Source of the DNA: Patescibacteria group bacterium
GTDB taxonomy: Bacteria > Patescibacteriota > Patescibacteriia > SG8-24 > DYFX01
Direction: 5' to 3'
Length of the DNA stretch: 64,000 bases
Assembly (NCBI GenBank): GCA_038062835.1
Contig: JBBTWH010000005.1
Coordinates: forward strand, 20,699 to 84,698
The number at the start of each line of letters is the position of its first letter. Positions within the stretch are counted from its first letter, which is position 1. Shown in pieces: positions 17,360-27,588 of this stretch. A program made the translations under genes and the position numbers. The notes under the pieces were generated by a model. That model did no database searches, was not told where the DNA came from, and worked only from the letters and a program-made list of their open reading frames with translations.

Positions 17360-18115
17360 TACGCTTTTCACCCTTTTCTTCAAGACCATGGCCAGGAACA
17401 CGAATGTCGCCTCAAATATGCGGAAAAAACGCCATGGTTCTATGACGAGCCGCCAGAGCCACTCGAGATGCAGGCGGCGCAGGATGAGGGGGGCGCGCCA
17501 GACATGGCCAGCCAGGAAGTCGAGGGTACCGCCGATGCCCATCGCGACCTTCACGGACGGTAGTTTCGGCAGATGGTCGCGGATCCAACGCTCCTGCTTG
17601 CCGTGTCCGAGCGCCACCAGAAGGATGTCCGGCTTGGCGACGTCGATGCGCGTGGCAAGGTCGGGCGCCTCTTGCCACGCGCCGGCGATCCAGCGAATCG
17701 AACCGCCCTGCTCCGCTCCCGCTATTTTCAATTTCGGAAAGTTCAGCGTCAGATTCCTGGCGGCTTCTTCGGCTATTCCCCTCCCCGCTCCGAGCAGATA
17801 GACCGAACAACCTTTTTGTTCGGCGAGACGCGCCAAACGCAAGGTGAATTCCGCGCCCGTCACCGTCGCCGGAACGCGCTTTCCTTCGATGACAGCCGCG
17901 ATGCGAAGTCCGAATCCGTCCGCGAGCGCCAGGTCCGAAGCTTCAAGGATCTTGCGGAATCCTGGGTCGCGATCGGCAAGGACGGACATCTCCGGATTCG
18001 GCGTGACGACGAGGTGCTGGCAGCCATCGCCAAGAAAACCCTCGGCCCGGACTTCGGCTTCCTCAATCGTGACGGGATCGACCGGAACTCCGGCGATCGA
18101 AATACGCTCCCTCAT
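17354..18115 (-). CDS. tagA: WecB/TagA/CpsF-family glycosyltransferase (N-acetylmannosaminyltransferase-like)
   Basis: About 250 aa. IAGVPVDPVTIEEA... N-terminus and DILLVALG..PKQE motif typical of the family. Confidence 0.8.
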   Translation of the reverse strand: MRERISIAGVPVDPVTIEEAEVRAEGFLGDGCQHLVVTPNPEMSVLADRDPGFRKILEASDLALADGFGLRIAAVIEGKRVPATVTGAEFTLRLARLAEQKGCSVYLLGAGRGIAEEAARNLTLNFPKLKIAGAEQGGSIRWIAGAWQEAPDLATRIDVAKPDILLVALGHGKQERWIRDHLPKLPSVKVAMGIGGTLDFLAGHVWRAPLILRRLHLEWLWRLVIEPWRFFRIFEATFVFLAMVLKKRVKSVK

Positions 18116-18183
18116 ATCATCATCTTGCCTTGAACGCCGCGTACGGGCAAGATGGAGACATATAACGTCTTATTCATCTCGTT

Positions 18184-18684
18184 ATGCGTATGCGCTTGTC
18201 CGCGTTCGGCCCCATGCTCCTCGCCGCTTTGATTACCATCGGTGCAGGCTGTGCCGCCACCGAACCCACCCCTGTCGAACAAGGCATGCCCGTGCCCGGA
18301 ACGCAGACGCCTGAAACGGAAGCGAACGGTTCCGCCGCTGGAACCCAACTGGAAGGCACGCCGGCGGAAAATGACGCGCCGGAAGCGCCCATCGACCTCG
18401 AAGCGGCTTCCGTAAAGACCTTCATCGTGACCGGCAGCAGCTTCTCGTTCGACGTGAAGGAGATGAGGGTGAAGAAGGGCGACAAGGTCCGAATCGTCTT
18501 CAAGAACGCCGAAGGCTTCCATGACTGGGTCGTGGACGAGTTCAACGCCCGCAGCGCCAAGCTTCAGGCCGGCGGCACGGAAACCGTCGAATTCACCGCC
18601 GACAAGTCCGGCACCTTCGAATACTACTGCTCCGTCGGACAGCATCGCGCCAACGGCATGAAGGGAAACCTGATCGTCGAATAA
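18184..18684 (+). CDS. Cupredoxin (plastocyanin/azurin-like blue copper) lipoprotein
   Basis: Signal peptide with lipobox (TIGAGC). Copper ligands H...C..H..M in FHDW...YYCSVGQHRANGM. Confidence 0.75.
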   Translation: MRMRLSAFGPMLLAALITIGAGCAATEPTPVEQGMPVPGTQTPETEANGSAAGTQLEGTPAENDAPEAPIDLEAASVKTFIVTGSSFSFDVKEMRVKKGDKVRIVFKNAEGFHDWVVDEFNARSAKLQAGGTETVEFTADKSGTFEYYCSVGQHRANGMKGNLIVE

Positions 18685-18697
18685 GAAAAAGCGCGGC

Positions 18698-20011
18698 ATG
18701 CGGAAGATCGCGATCTACGCGCTGTTCGTCGCGAACCTGGCCTTCATCATCGGGTCCTGGTGGGTCTCTTCAGGCGACCTCGTCGCCGCTGAGCCTGCGG
18801 GGACCCTTTTGGCGTTCGGGCGGCTTGCCGGCCTCTTAGCCGTCTTCTTCGTGCTCATGCAGTTCGTCCTCATCGGCCGAGCCGCATGGATCGAACGAGT
18901 CTTCGGTCTCGACAAACTCTCACGCGTCCACCGACTGAACGGCTACGCCGCCCTCGGGTTCGTCCTCCTGCACGCTTCGCTCATCGTCGCGTCGTACTCG
19001 ATGTACGCGAAGGTCGGCTTCTTCCGGGAGTACGCGAATCTCATCGCGAGCGAGGACGCCCTGCTTGGCGCCGCCGCCGCCGTATGGCTGCTCGTCTTCA
19101 TCGTCTTCCTGTCGATCGCCATCGTCCGACGCAGGATGAAATACGAGACCTGGCGTTTCGTGCACCTCTTCACCTACCTCGCCGTCGTCCTGGCGTTCGA
19201 GCATCAGATGAAGCTCGGCCATGACCTGACGGACCGCCGCTTCGCCGCCTACTGGACGCTGCTGTACGCCTTCGTCTTCGGCAACCTGGCCATCTTCCGC
19301 TTCCTGCGCCCGCTCTGGAACCTGTGGAGGTTCCGCTTCAAGGTCGCGGCCGTCGTTCCGGAAACCGCCGACACCTCGTCCGTCTATATCGAAGGTGCCC
19401 GCATGGAGAAATTCCGGGTCAAGCCTGGACAATTCTTCATCTTGCGATTCCTAGCGAAGGGGTTCTGGCGGCAAGCGCATCCATTCTCGCTCTCATACGT
19501 GCCGAAGGACGGCCGCCTGCGCGTCACCATCAAGGCCTGCGGAGATTTCACGAGTACGATTCCATCGCTGCCAGTCGGCGCGCCCGTGCTGATCGACGGA
19601 CCGCACGGCGTCTTCACCGCCGAACCGAAGCCCGGAGCGAAGCTGCTGTTCATCGCCGGAGGAGTCGGCATCACGCCCATCCGCGCGATCATCGAACAGC
19701 ATGCGCCGACCGGCGACATCGCGCTGATCTACGGCAACCGGGATACGAGCGGCATCATCTTCAAGCAGGAGCTCGACGAACTGTCCGCGCGGCACCCGTT
19801 CCCCATCCATCACGTGATGAGCGCTGACCCCGTCTTTGCCGGTGAGAAAGGGTACATCGACAAGGAGCGCGTCCTTCGCCTCGTGCCAGACGTCATGGAA
19901 CGAGAGGTCTTCCTGTGCGGCCCGCCCGTCATGATGAGGGGCGTGCGCAAGGCCCTGCGAGAGGCGGGCATGAAAACGGCACGCGTCCGTTACGAGGAAT
20001 TCGCGCTGTAA
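18698..20011 (+). CDS. Ferric-reductase-like transmembrane oxidoreductase with FAD/NAD(P)-binding domain
   Basis: Six TM helices with conserved His pairs, then HPFS FAD motif and GGVGITP NAD motif. Confidence 0.75.
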   Translation: MRKIAIYALFVANLAFIIGSWWVSSGDLVAAEPAGTLLAFGRLAGLLAVFFVLMQFVLIGRAAWIERVFGLDKLSRVHRLNGYAALGFVLLHASLIVASYSMYAKVGFFREYANLIASEDALLGAAAAVWLLVFIVFLSIAIVRRRMKYETWRFVHLFTYLAVVLAFEHQMKLGHDLTDRRFAAYWTLLYAFVFGNLAIFRFLRPLWNLWRFRFKVAAVVPETADTSSVYIEGARMEKFRVKPGQFFILRFLAKGFWRQAHPFSLSYVPKDGRLRVTIKACGDFTSTIPSLPVGAPVLIDGPHGVFTAEPKPGAKLLFIAGGVGITPIRAIIEQHAPTGDIALIYGNRDTSGIIFKQELDELSARHPFPIHHVMSADPVFAGEKGYIDKERVLRLVPDVMEREVFLCGPPVMMRGVRKALREAGMKTARVRYEEFAL

Positions 20012-20058
20012 GTGATTCAGGAAAAGAAAAGGCCCCGCTTGAGAAGGCAGGGCTTCGT

Positions 20059-20334
20059 TCATCCGAACTGCTGGACGACCTGCGTCCAATAAGCCGCGTA
20101 GATCTCCATCGTGCGACGGAGCGACTTATCCTTGTAGCCGACGGCGGCGCGCACGGTCTTGCGCATCTTCTTGACCTCGCCGACCACGCGCGAGTCGGGA
20201 TGACACTCGAGGGAGTCGAGCATCGTCTGCGCCCGGTTGAAGGCGGCCCGCGCGGTCGCGTGACACTTCGCCGTCGTGAGCGTGCGGAACGCCTCTTGGA
20301 AAAGACTCGCTATCTGTCGGATTTCATCTTCCAT
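20059..20334 (-). CDS. Small helical hypothetical protein (paralog of upstream ORF)
   Basis: 91 aa, MEDEIRQIASLFQEAFR.... Aligns at the N-terminus with the adjacent 121-aa ORF (ME-x-x-L/I-x-x-L/I-x-x-L-I/F-x-EA-x-R...). Confidence 0.4.
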   Translation of the reverse strand: MEDEIRQIASLFQEAFRTLTTAKCHATARAAFNRAQTMLDSLECHPDSRVVGEVKKMRKTVRAAVGYKDKSLRRTMEIYAAYWTQVVQQFG

Positions 20335-20689
20335 GTCTTCCCCATTTGTTCAGGCCATACCTTCCCAGCTCGTAGCCGAGCTCATAGTGCTTAGCGGCAT
20401 CGATGGGATGGGTGCGTTCAAAGAACCCGTCCTCGAACCCGCTCCAGAACTTGACCAAGAAGCTCAGGACGACTTCCCACTTCTTCTGCCTCCGGCAGAA
20501 GCGTTCGGAAAAATCGCAGGCGGCGCGGACGCGCTTCTCTTCATCTTCATCGACGGCGTGGTCCGAGAGACGCCGCGCAGCTTTTTCGGCCAGCGCGAGA
20601 TATGCGCGGGTCGTGATAAGGCAGTCGGACTTGAACCCACGCGCCGCCTCCCAGATGAGTCCGTGGAGGTCCTCGAGCGCTTCTTCCAT
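20324..20689 (-). CDS. Small helical hypothetical protein
   Basis: Start placed at MEEALEDLHG with the strong SD AAAGGAGGT. The tracked ORF begins further upstream at 20719. Divergent from clpB. Confidence 0.4.
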   Translation of the reverse strand: MEEALEDLHGLIWEAARGFKSDCLITTRAYLALAEKAARRLSDHAVDEDEEKRVRAACDFSERFCRRQKKWEVVLSFLVKFWSGFEDGFFERTHPIDAAKHYELGYELGRYGLNKWGRHGR

Positions 20690-20822
20690 ACGACCTCCTT
20701 TCGAAAGGGCTGTATACATGATGGATACCAGGAAACGGGGCTGAAGTCAATCACCCGAACGCCTCCAATCTTCGATGACGCCGTCACCGATGCGCGGCAG
20801 TTCCGACCGGCTCCTCACGAGC

Positions 20823-20851
20823 TTGACACGCCCCATTAGCACTCTTATTAT
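20823..20851 (+). promoter_or_regulatory. Sigma-70-type promoter of clpB (TTGACA, 17 nt, TATTAT)
   Basis: Near-consensus -35 and -10 with a 17-nt spacer, 24 nt upstream of the clpB ATG. The -10 lies inside the CIRCE spacer. Confidence 0.7.
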
Positions 20852-20862
20852 GAGAGTGCTAA
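20836..20862 (+). promoter_or_regulatory. CIRCE operator (HrcA binding site) TTAGCACTC-N9-GAGTGCTAA
   Basis: ttagcactc ttattatga gagtgctaa is a perfect match to the CIRCE consensus. It overlaps the clpB promoter. Confidence 0.85.
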
Positions 20863-20874
20863 TCGTATTTTGTT

Positions 20875-23493
<2,619 letters not shown>

Positions 23494-23588
23494 TACCACC
23501 CCGGCGGAGGCCGGGGCCCAGCGCTCAACGTCGTCATCCACCCGATTGTCATTCCCGCGCAGGCGGGAATCCGGAACCGGACGAACAC

Positions 23589-23618
23589 AAAAGAAGGCCT
23601 CACGGCCTTCTTTTGTGT
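23589..23618 (+). terminator. Rho-independent terminator of clpB
   Basis: aaaagaaggcc-tcac-ggccttctttt followed by gtgt. Confidence 0.8.
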
Positions 23619-23623
23619 AACGA

Positions 23624-24400
23624 TTACGGTCGAGTGGATTCTCCTAATAGTGGGAAGGCGTAGCGCGCATCTTTTTCAGTGGCGGCTGAAATTCCCACGG
23701 GCGGCCTTGCGAACGAGCCCGCAAATTTTGCGATAGAGACACGGCCAAGGAAGACGGCGACGATGTTCACGCAGGTCAGAAGGTTATTACGCCTCCCCGT
23801 ATCCGTTTTTACGTTGTAACCGAGCGTGTGGTATTTCACGTCTTCATTCCAAGCCAAGGCATCAAGATAGTGCAAGAAGGCTTCTAGGGGCATCCCGTAG
23901 GCGCTGGGGACTGTCTTTGAAATTTCATCGACGACTTCCTGCGGCGGTTCATACCTCCAAATTCCACTCGCGACTTCCTTGTGGTCGAGTACATAGGCGG
24001 ATCTGAACAGCAGACTACCGAGCAACTCCAAAGTCATTTCATCCTCTCTTCCGATTTTCTGAAGCTCTTCGAACACGTCGCGGAACGATGCGGGCGTTCC
24101 CACAATGGCCCCCTTTTGCTCAAGACAAGGGAGCATGTCGTTGGGGTTATTCCCGATGTGCCCATCCTTATACTTGCATCTGTCGTAATCTGGCGCAGCC
24201 TCCTTGCCGGGTTTTCCAAGCAAAATCCTATTATCACCTTTGGTCCAAACGGGTTGATAGGACTTTGCTTCTTGTGATGTGCCTGTCGGCCAAGAAATCG
24301 CCTCTTCAACCATGGCCAAGCGGACGAGCCCGCTGCGCTTCTTATCAATCTTGCCGGTTTCCAACAGTTGAGCAAGCCTATTTTCGCGTGCATCAGTCAT
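23624..24400 (-). CDS. Hypothetical protein on low-GC island, divergent from the DNA methyltransferase (candidate restriction endonuclease or other partner)
   Basis: The tracked ORF runs to 24655, but its first roughly 85 codons are antisense to the MTase start and promoter. Likely start is MTDARENRL... near 24400. About 52% GC versus about 65% in flanks. No recognisable family. Possible D..(18 residues)..DHK PD-(D/E)xK-like spacing. Confidence 0.45.
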   Translation of the reverse strand: MTDARENRLAQLLETGKIDKKRSGLVRLAMVEEAISWPTGTSQEAKSYQPVWTKGDNRILLGKPGKEAAPDYDRCKYKDGHIGNNPNDMLPCLEQKGAIVGTPASFRDVFEELQKIGREDEMTLELLGSLLFRSAYVLDHKEVASGIWRYEPPQEVVDEISKTVPSAYGMPLEAFLHYLDALAWNEDVKYHTLGYNVKTDTGRRNNLLTCVNIVAVFLGRVSIAKFAGSFARPPVGISAATEKDARYAFPLLGESTRP

Positions 24401-24517
24401 GTTTGTATGGTAACTTGATCTTCCTGTCCGTGTGGGATATATTATCAACAGGCCCGTTTTGACACGTTCGCCTGCAGTCATACTACCATTCTCACACCAT
24501 TGCAATATCAACTCTAT

Positions 24518-26260
24518 ATGGCAAAGCAATTGAGGGCAATCGACTTCTTCTGCGGTGCGGGCGGTTGGTCCGAAGGGCTCAGGCAACAGGGAATCAAGGT
24601 CGTGATGGGCATCGACAACTGGCGCCCGGCCGTCGAGACCCACAACATCAACCACGGCCTCAACGACGTCGTCGGTGACGTCTTGTCGTTGGAGGGCGAT
24701 GTCGATGCGACTATCGAGAAGCTTCCTGATACCGAAATTATCGTCGGCAGCCCGCCGTGCATCTCTTTCTCGATGTCGAACAAAGCAGGTAAAGCTGACA
24801 AGTCACTCGGTATCCGCCTAATCGAGGCCTACTTGCGCTTCGTCGCCGTGAAGAAGCACAAGAAACGTTCCATTCTGCAAGCTTGGTACATGGAGAATGT
24901 CCCGAACTCCAGGAATTTCGTGCAGAAGACGTACACGTTTGCTGATTTGAATCTTTCAGCTTGGGCCAAGAAGAACGGCAAGAATCCGAAGGCTGTCGCA
25001 CTGAACGTCCAGGACAACGGCGGGATTCTCTGCGCGGCGGACTATGGATCACCCCAGAGTCGTGAACGTTTCGTTTGTGGCGAAATGACAAAGCGCAACG
25101 GTTCCGTAAAGGTCGGTGAATTCTTGGCTCCGAAAGTGACCAACGCGAACAGCCGCGTAACGTTGGAGGACATCAAGGGAAAGATGCCGAAGCCGACGGA
25201 GAAGCCTGGGAACAAGGCTTGGGCAGATCCGAACTACCCGAATTTGAAATTGAAGGTCCAAGACATCACGGATCATTTCTACGACCCCGGTGTCTACCGT
25301 TCCGAATGGGAAAGCGCGAAAGCCGCCAAGGTGAATCACCCGTTCATGGGCAGAATGTCCTTCCCAGAGGACCGGAAGCGGCCGAGTCGGACGATTATGG
25401 CAACAAGGTCTGGAAGCACGCGCGAGGCCATCATCTACCCTTCCGAATGGGGTCATGTCGGCGACGGTCAGTATCGCCTCCCCACGATTCGTGAGGCGGC
25501 TTCCCTGATGGGTTTCCCTATCACCTACCAGTTCACGGGTGGTGAAGGATCTAAATGGCGGCAAATCGGCAATGCCGTCTGCCCGCACATGAGCGCCGCT
25601 ATCGGCGCGGCTCTCCGAAAGGCATTCGGCATGCGGCCGATTCCGGTCGCAAAAATCATGTTTGACGCCAAGCACGTGAAGGATGAGCGTATCCTGAATC
25701 TCAATACTTTTGCGCCGCGTTCCTACGACAAGCCGCCTCTTAGAAAGGCTGGGGCGAAGTTCCGACGTCAGCCATTCAAGTCTGGCAACATGACCGTAGC
25801 CCTGATGAATTTCGATCCTAGGGTGAGCATCGGTGCGGCTGTAGCCTCAGATTGGCGCGCTGTCGTCTTCGTGGGTGCCGGGAAAGTGTATGATACGGTC
25901 GAGCTGGGCCTTGATGACCTCCGGGTGCTAGAAACGAGCCTGGCCTCCCGAAAAGAAGGTCGCACATTCATTGCCGAGTTTGAGAAGAAGTTCGATGGTA
26001 AAGTCGCTCCTACCGCCGAGCTCCAAACCATCTTCGAAACGAACCAGCCTGGCACGAAGGCGCTCGCGCCCTCCGAACTCGTTCAGGCGGTTGCAGATCT
26101 CGCTGAGAAGGTCGGTAGCGGTCCTGCTCCGGTCACCAATCCCATCATGACGAGGGTCCGGAAGGCAGAAGTGCCCCATCAGCAACTGCTTGCCATGTAC
26201 GCCCTTGCGCGCATCTCAGCAGAAATCAAGCGCGCCGCGGCCGTTCCGGAGCCGGCTTGA
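24518..26260 (+). CDS. DNA (cytosine-5)-methyltransferase with about 200-aa C-terminal extension
   Basis: Motif I FFCGAGGWSEG, motif IV GSPPCISFS (PC catalytic Cys), motif VI ENVPN, motif X QIGNAV. Residues about 380-586 extend beyond the catalytic domain with no recognisable motif. Confidence 0.9.
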   Translation: MAKQLRAIDFFCGAGGWSEGLRQQGIKVVMGIDNWRPAVETHNINHGLNDVVGDVLSLEGDVDATIEKLPDTEIIVGSPPCISFSMSNKAGKADKSLGIRLIEAYLRFVAVKKHKKRSILQAWYMENVPNSRNFVQKTYTFADLNLSAWAKKNGKNPKAVALNVQDNGGILCAADYGSPQSRERFVCGEMTKRNGSVKVGEFLAPKVTNANSRVTLEDIKGKMPKPTEKPGNKAWADPNYPNLKLKVQDITDHFYDPGVYRSEWESAKAAKVNHPFMGRMSFPEDRKRPSRTIMATRSGSTREAIIYPSEWGHVGDGQYRLPTIREAASLMGFPITYQFTGGEGSKWRQIGNAVCPHMSAAIGAALRKAFGMRPIPVAKIMFDAKHVKDERILNLNTFAPRSYDKPPLRKAGAKFRRQPFKSGNMTVALMNFDPRVSIGAAVASDWRAVVFVGAGKVYDTVELGLDDLRVLETSLASRKEGRTFIAEFEKKFDGKVAPTAELQTIFETNQPGTKALAPSELVQAVADLAEKVGSGPAPVTNPIMTRVRKAEVPHQQLLAMYALARISAEIKRAAAVPEPA

Positions 26261-26672
26261 TTCCAGAAAGTGTCAGGAAGTTGAATATCTTGCCGGTCAC
26301 CTTTAGGCGATCGGTTTTGATTTCATGTTCCCAAACGCGTATATATTTCCAACCGAGCCTCCGCAGCTTCGCAAAATTACGACGGTCCCGGCGTCGGTTT
26401 CTCTCGATCTTATCTCGCCAGAACTTCTGACGAAGCTTGTGCCTCCAGGCCGGGTAGCGATACCCGTGCCAGAAATCGCCGTCTACGAAAATCGCGAGCT
26501 TTCGGCTCGGAATGGCGAGGTCGGGTGAGCCAGGCGCTTTCTTGTAGTGTTTCTGAAAGTGCACCTTACGCCTCCGCAACTCACGAAAAACAAATATCTC
26601 AAGGCTCGTGTTCTTACCGCGCACCCGCGACATGATGCGGCTACGGATTTCTTTGGAGAACTTGTCGGGCAT
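26226..26672 (-). CDS. vsr: Very-short-patch repair endonuclease (Vsr)
   Basis: FVDGDFWHG signature, basic about 148-aa protein. Convergent with the MTase and overlaps its end by 35 nt. Confidence 0.9.
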   Translation of the reverse strand: MPDKFSKEIRSRIMSRVRGKNTSLEIFVFRELRRRKVHFQKHYKKAPGSPDLAIPSRKLAIFVDGDFWHGYRYPAWRHKLRQKFWRDKIERNRRRDRRNFAKLRRLGWKYIRVWEHEIKTDRLKVTGKIFNFLTLSGIKPAPERPRRA

Positions 26673-26749
26673 ACGCCTCGATACTGTAACAAATCGCAGA
26701 CTCCCGCGTCTTTATCATTGGAGGTTGCTCCACCAAAATATATTTCCCT

Positions 26750-26962
26750 ATGTCCCACCACAACGATGCGCCCGGCATGAAAGGTTACCGCTCTCGTAAC
26801 GATGATGGCCAGCTGCGCGACAAGCGCGACGACACCCACATGGGCACGATCGAAAAGCAATATAACCGTGATTTCGACGTCCGATCTGACATGGAACTCG
26901 GAAATTTCCTCAAGCGCGAGGGGTTTAAGTCGCTAAATGACCTGCTCCGCAACGAGCGCTAA
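26750..26962 (+). CDS. Small hypothetical protein with C-terminal SAP/Rho_N-like helix-hairpin-helix motif
   Basis: 70 aa, charged N-terminal region, C-terminal DMELGNFLKREGFKSLNDLLRN. No SD seen. Sits in the lower-GC island. Confidence 0.35.
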   Translation: MSHHNDAPGMKGYRSRNDDGQLRDKRDDTHMGTIEKQYNRDFDVRSDMELGNFLKREGFKSLNDLLRNER

Positions 26963-27375
26963 TACAACCACTCTTCTACCCCGCCGTGATGGGAACAGGT
27001 GCCTCGGCGGTTCTGACTGAAGCTGTAGGTACCATCACGACATCGGGCCGAGGCGCCTGCAGGGCTTGAAGGTGCGTAATATGGGCTTGGTACCTCGTTG
27101 CCATCGACATTCGTGTACGTGCCGCTTGGCGCGTAGTCCGTAGTTGGCTCTTGCGTCTCAGGGGCCCATTTTATCGGTGTGTCGTCCTTCGCCGGTGCGA
27201 TTTCAGATACCTCTTCTACTGGTTTGATGGCTGGTTCAAGTTGAAACTGTGGCTGGACAATTGGTGCGGGCACCGGTGTCGAACTGGGACTCGGAACGTC
27301 AGCAACGCAACCTTGGCCAACAAGCGCCAGTGTTGCGAATAAAAAAGCTGTTTTTCTCCAAAAGCAAGGCATCAA
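26959..27375 (-). CDS. Lipoprotein with C-terminal DUF3761-like domain
   Basis: Signal peptide with lipobox (LVGQGC), Pro/Ser-rich linker, C-terminal CRDGTYSFSQNRRGTCSHHGGV matching the C.DG..S.S.....G.CS.HGGV pattern remembered for DUF3761. Confidence 0.6.
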   Translation of the reverse strand: MMPCFWRKTAFLFATLALVGQGCVADVPSPSSTPVPAPIVQPQFQLEPAIKPVEEVSEIAPAKDDTPIKWAPETQEPTTDYAPSGTYTNVDGNEVPSPYYAPSSPAGASARCRDGTYSFSQNRRGTCSHHGGVEEWLY

Positions 27376-27577
27376 AGTAGACGTCTTAGCGCAAATCCAA
27401 GAATACGGCGCGAGATATTTTTTGGATTACGTATGATTCCAATGAGTATTACGAGTGGAAGAATGGGTCCCAGAATCTCCCAAACAATTTTACGTGCCTC
27501 AAACCTGGCCCCTAACATTTGTGGAATGAGTGTCCATAGCATTTCTTGTGCCTGTCGCGAATCGAATTCAATCATAG
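27372..27577 (-). CDS. Small putative membrane protein
   Basis: Internal start MIEFDSRQAQEMLWTL... with one hydrophobic helix ILGPILPLVILIGII. About 42% GC locally. The tracked ORF's N-terminal extension overlaps the pirin gene. Confidence 0.3.
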
Positions 27578-27588
27578 GGTTACAAAAA

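Noticed and set aside
24401-24655. First roughly 85 codons of the minus-strand ORF 23624-24655.
   Set aside because: This part is antisense to the methyltransferase start and promoter and differs in composition. The real start is more likely the internal Met near 24400, though the exact start cannot be fixed without an SD.
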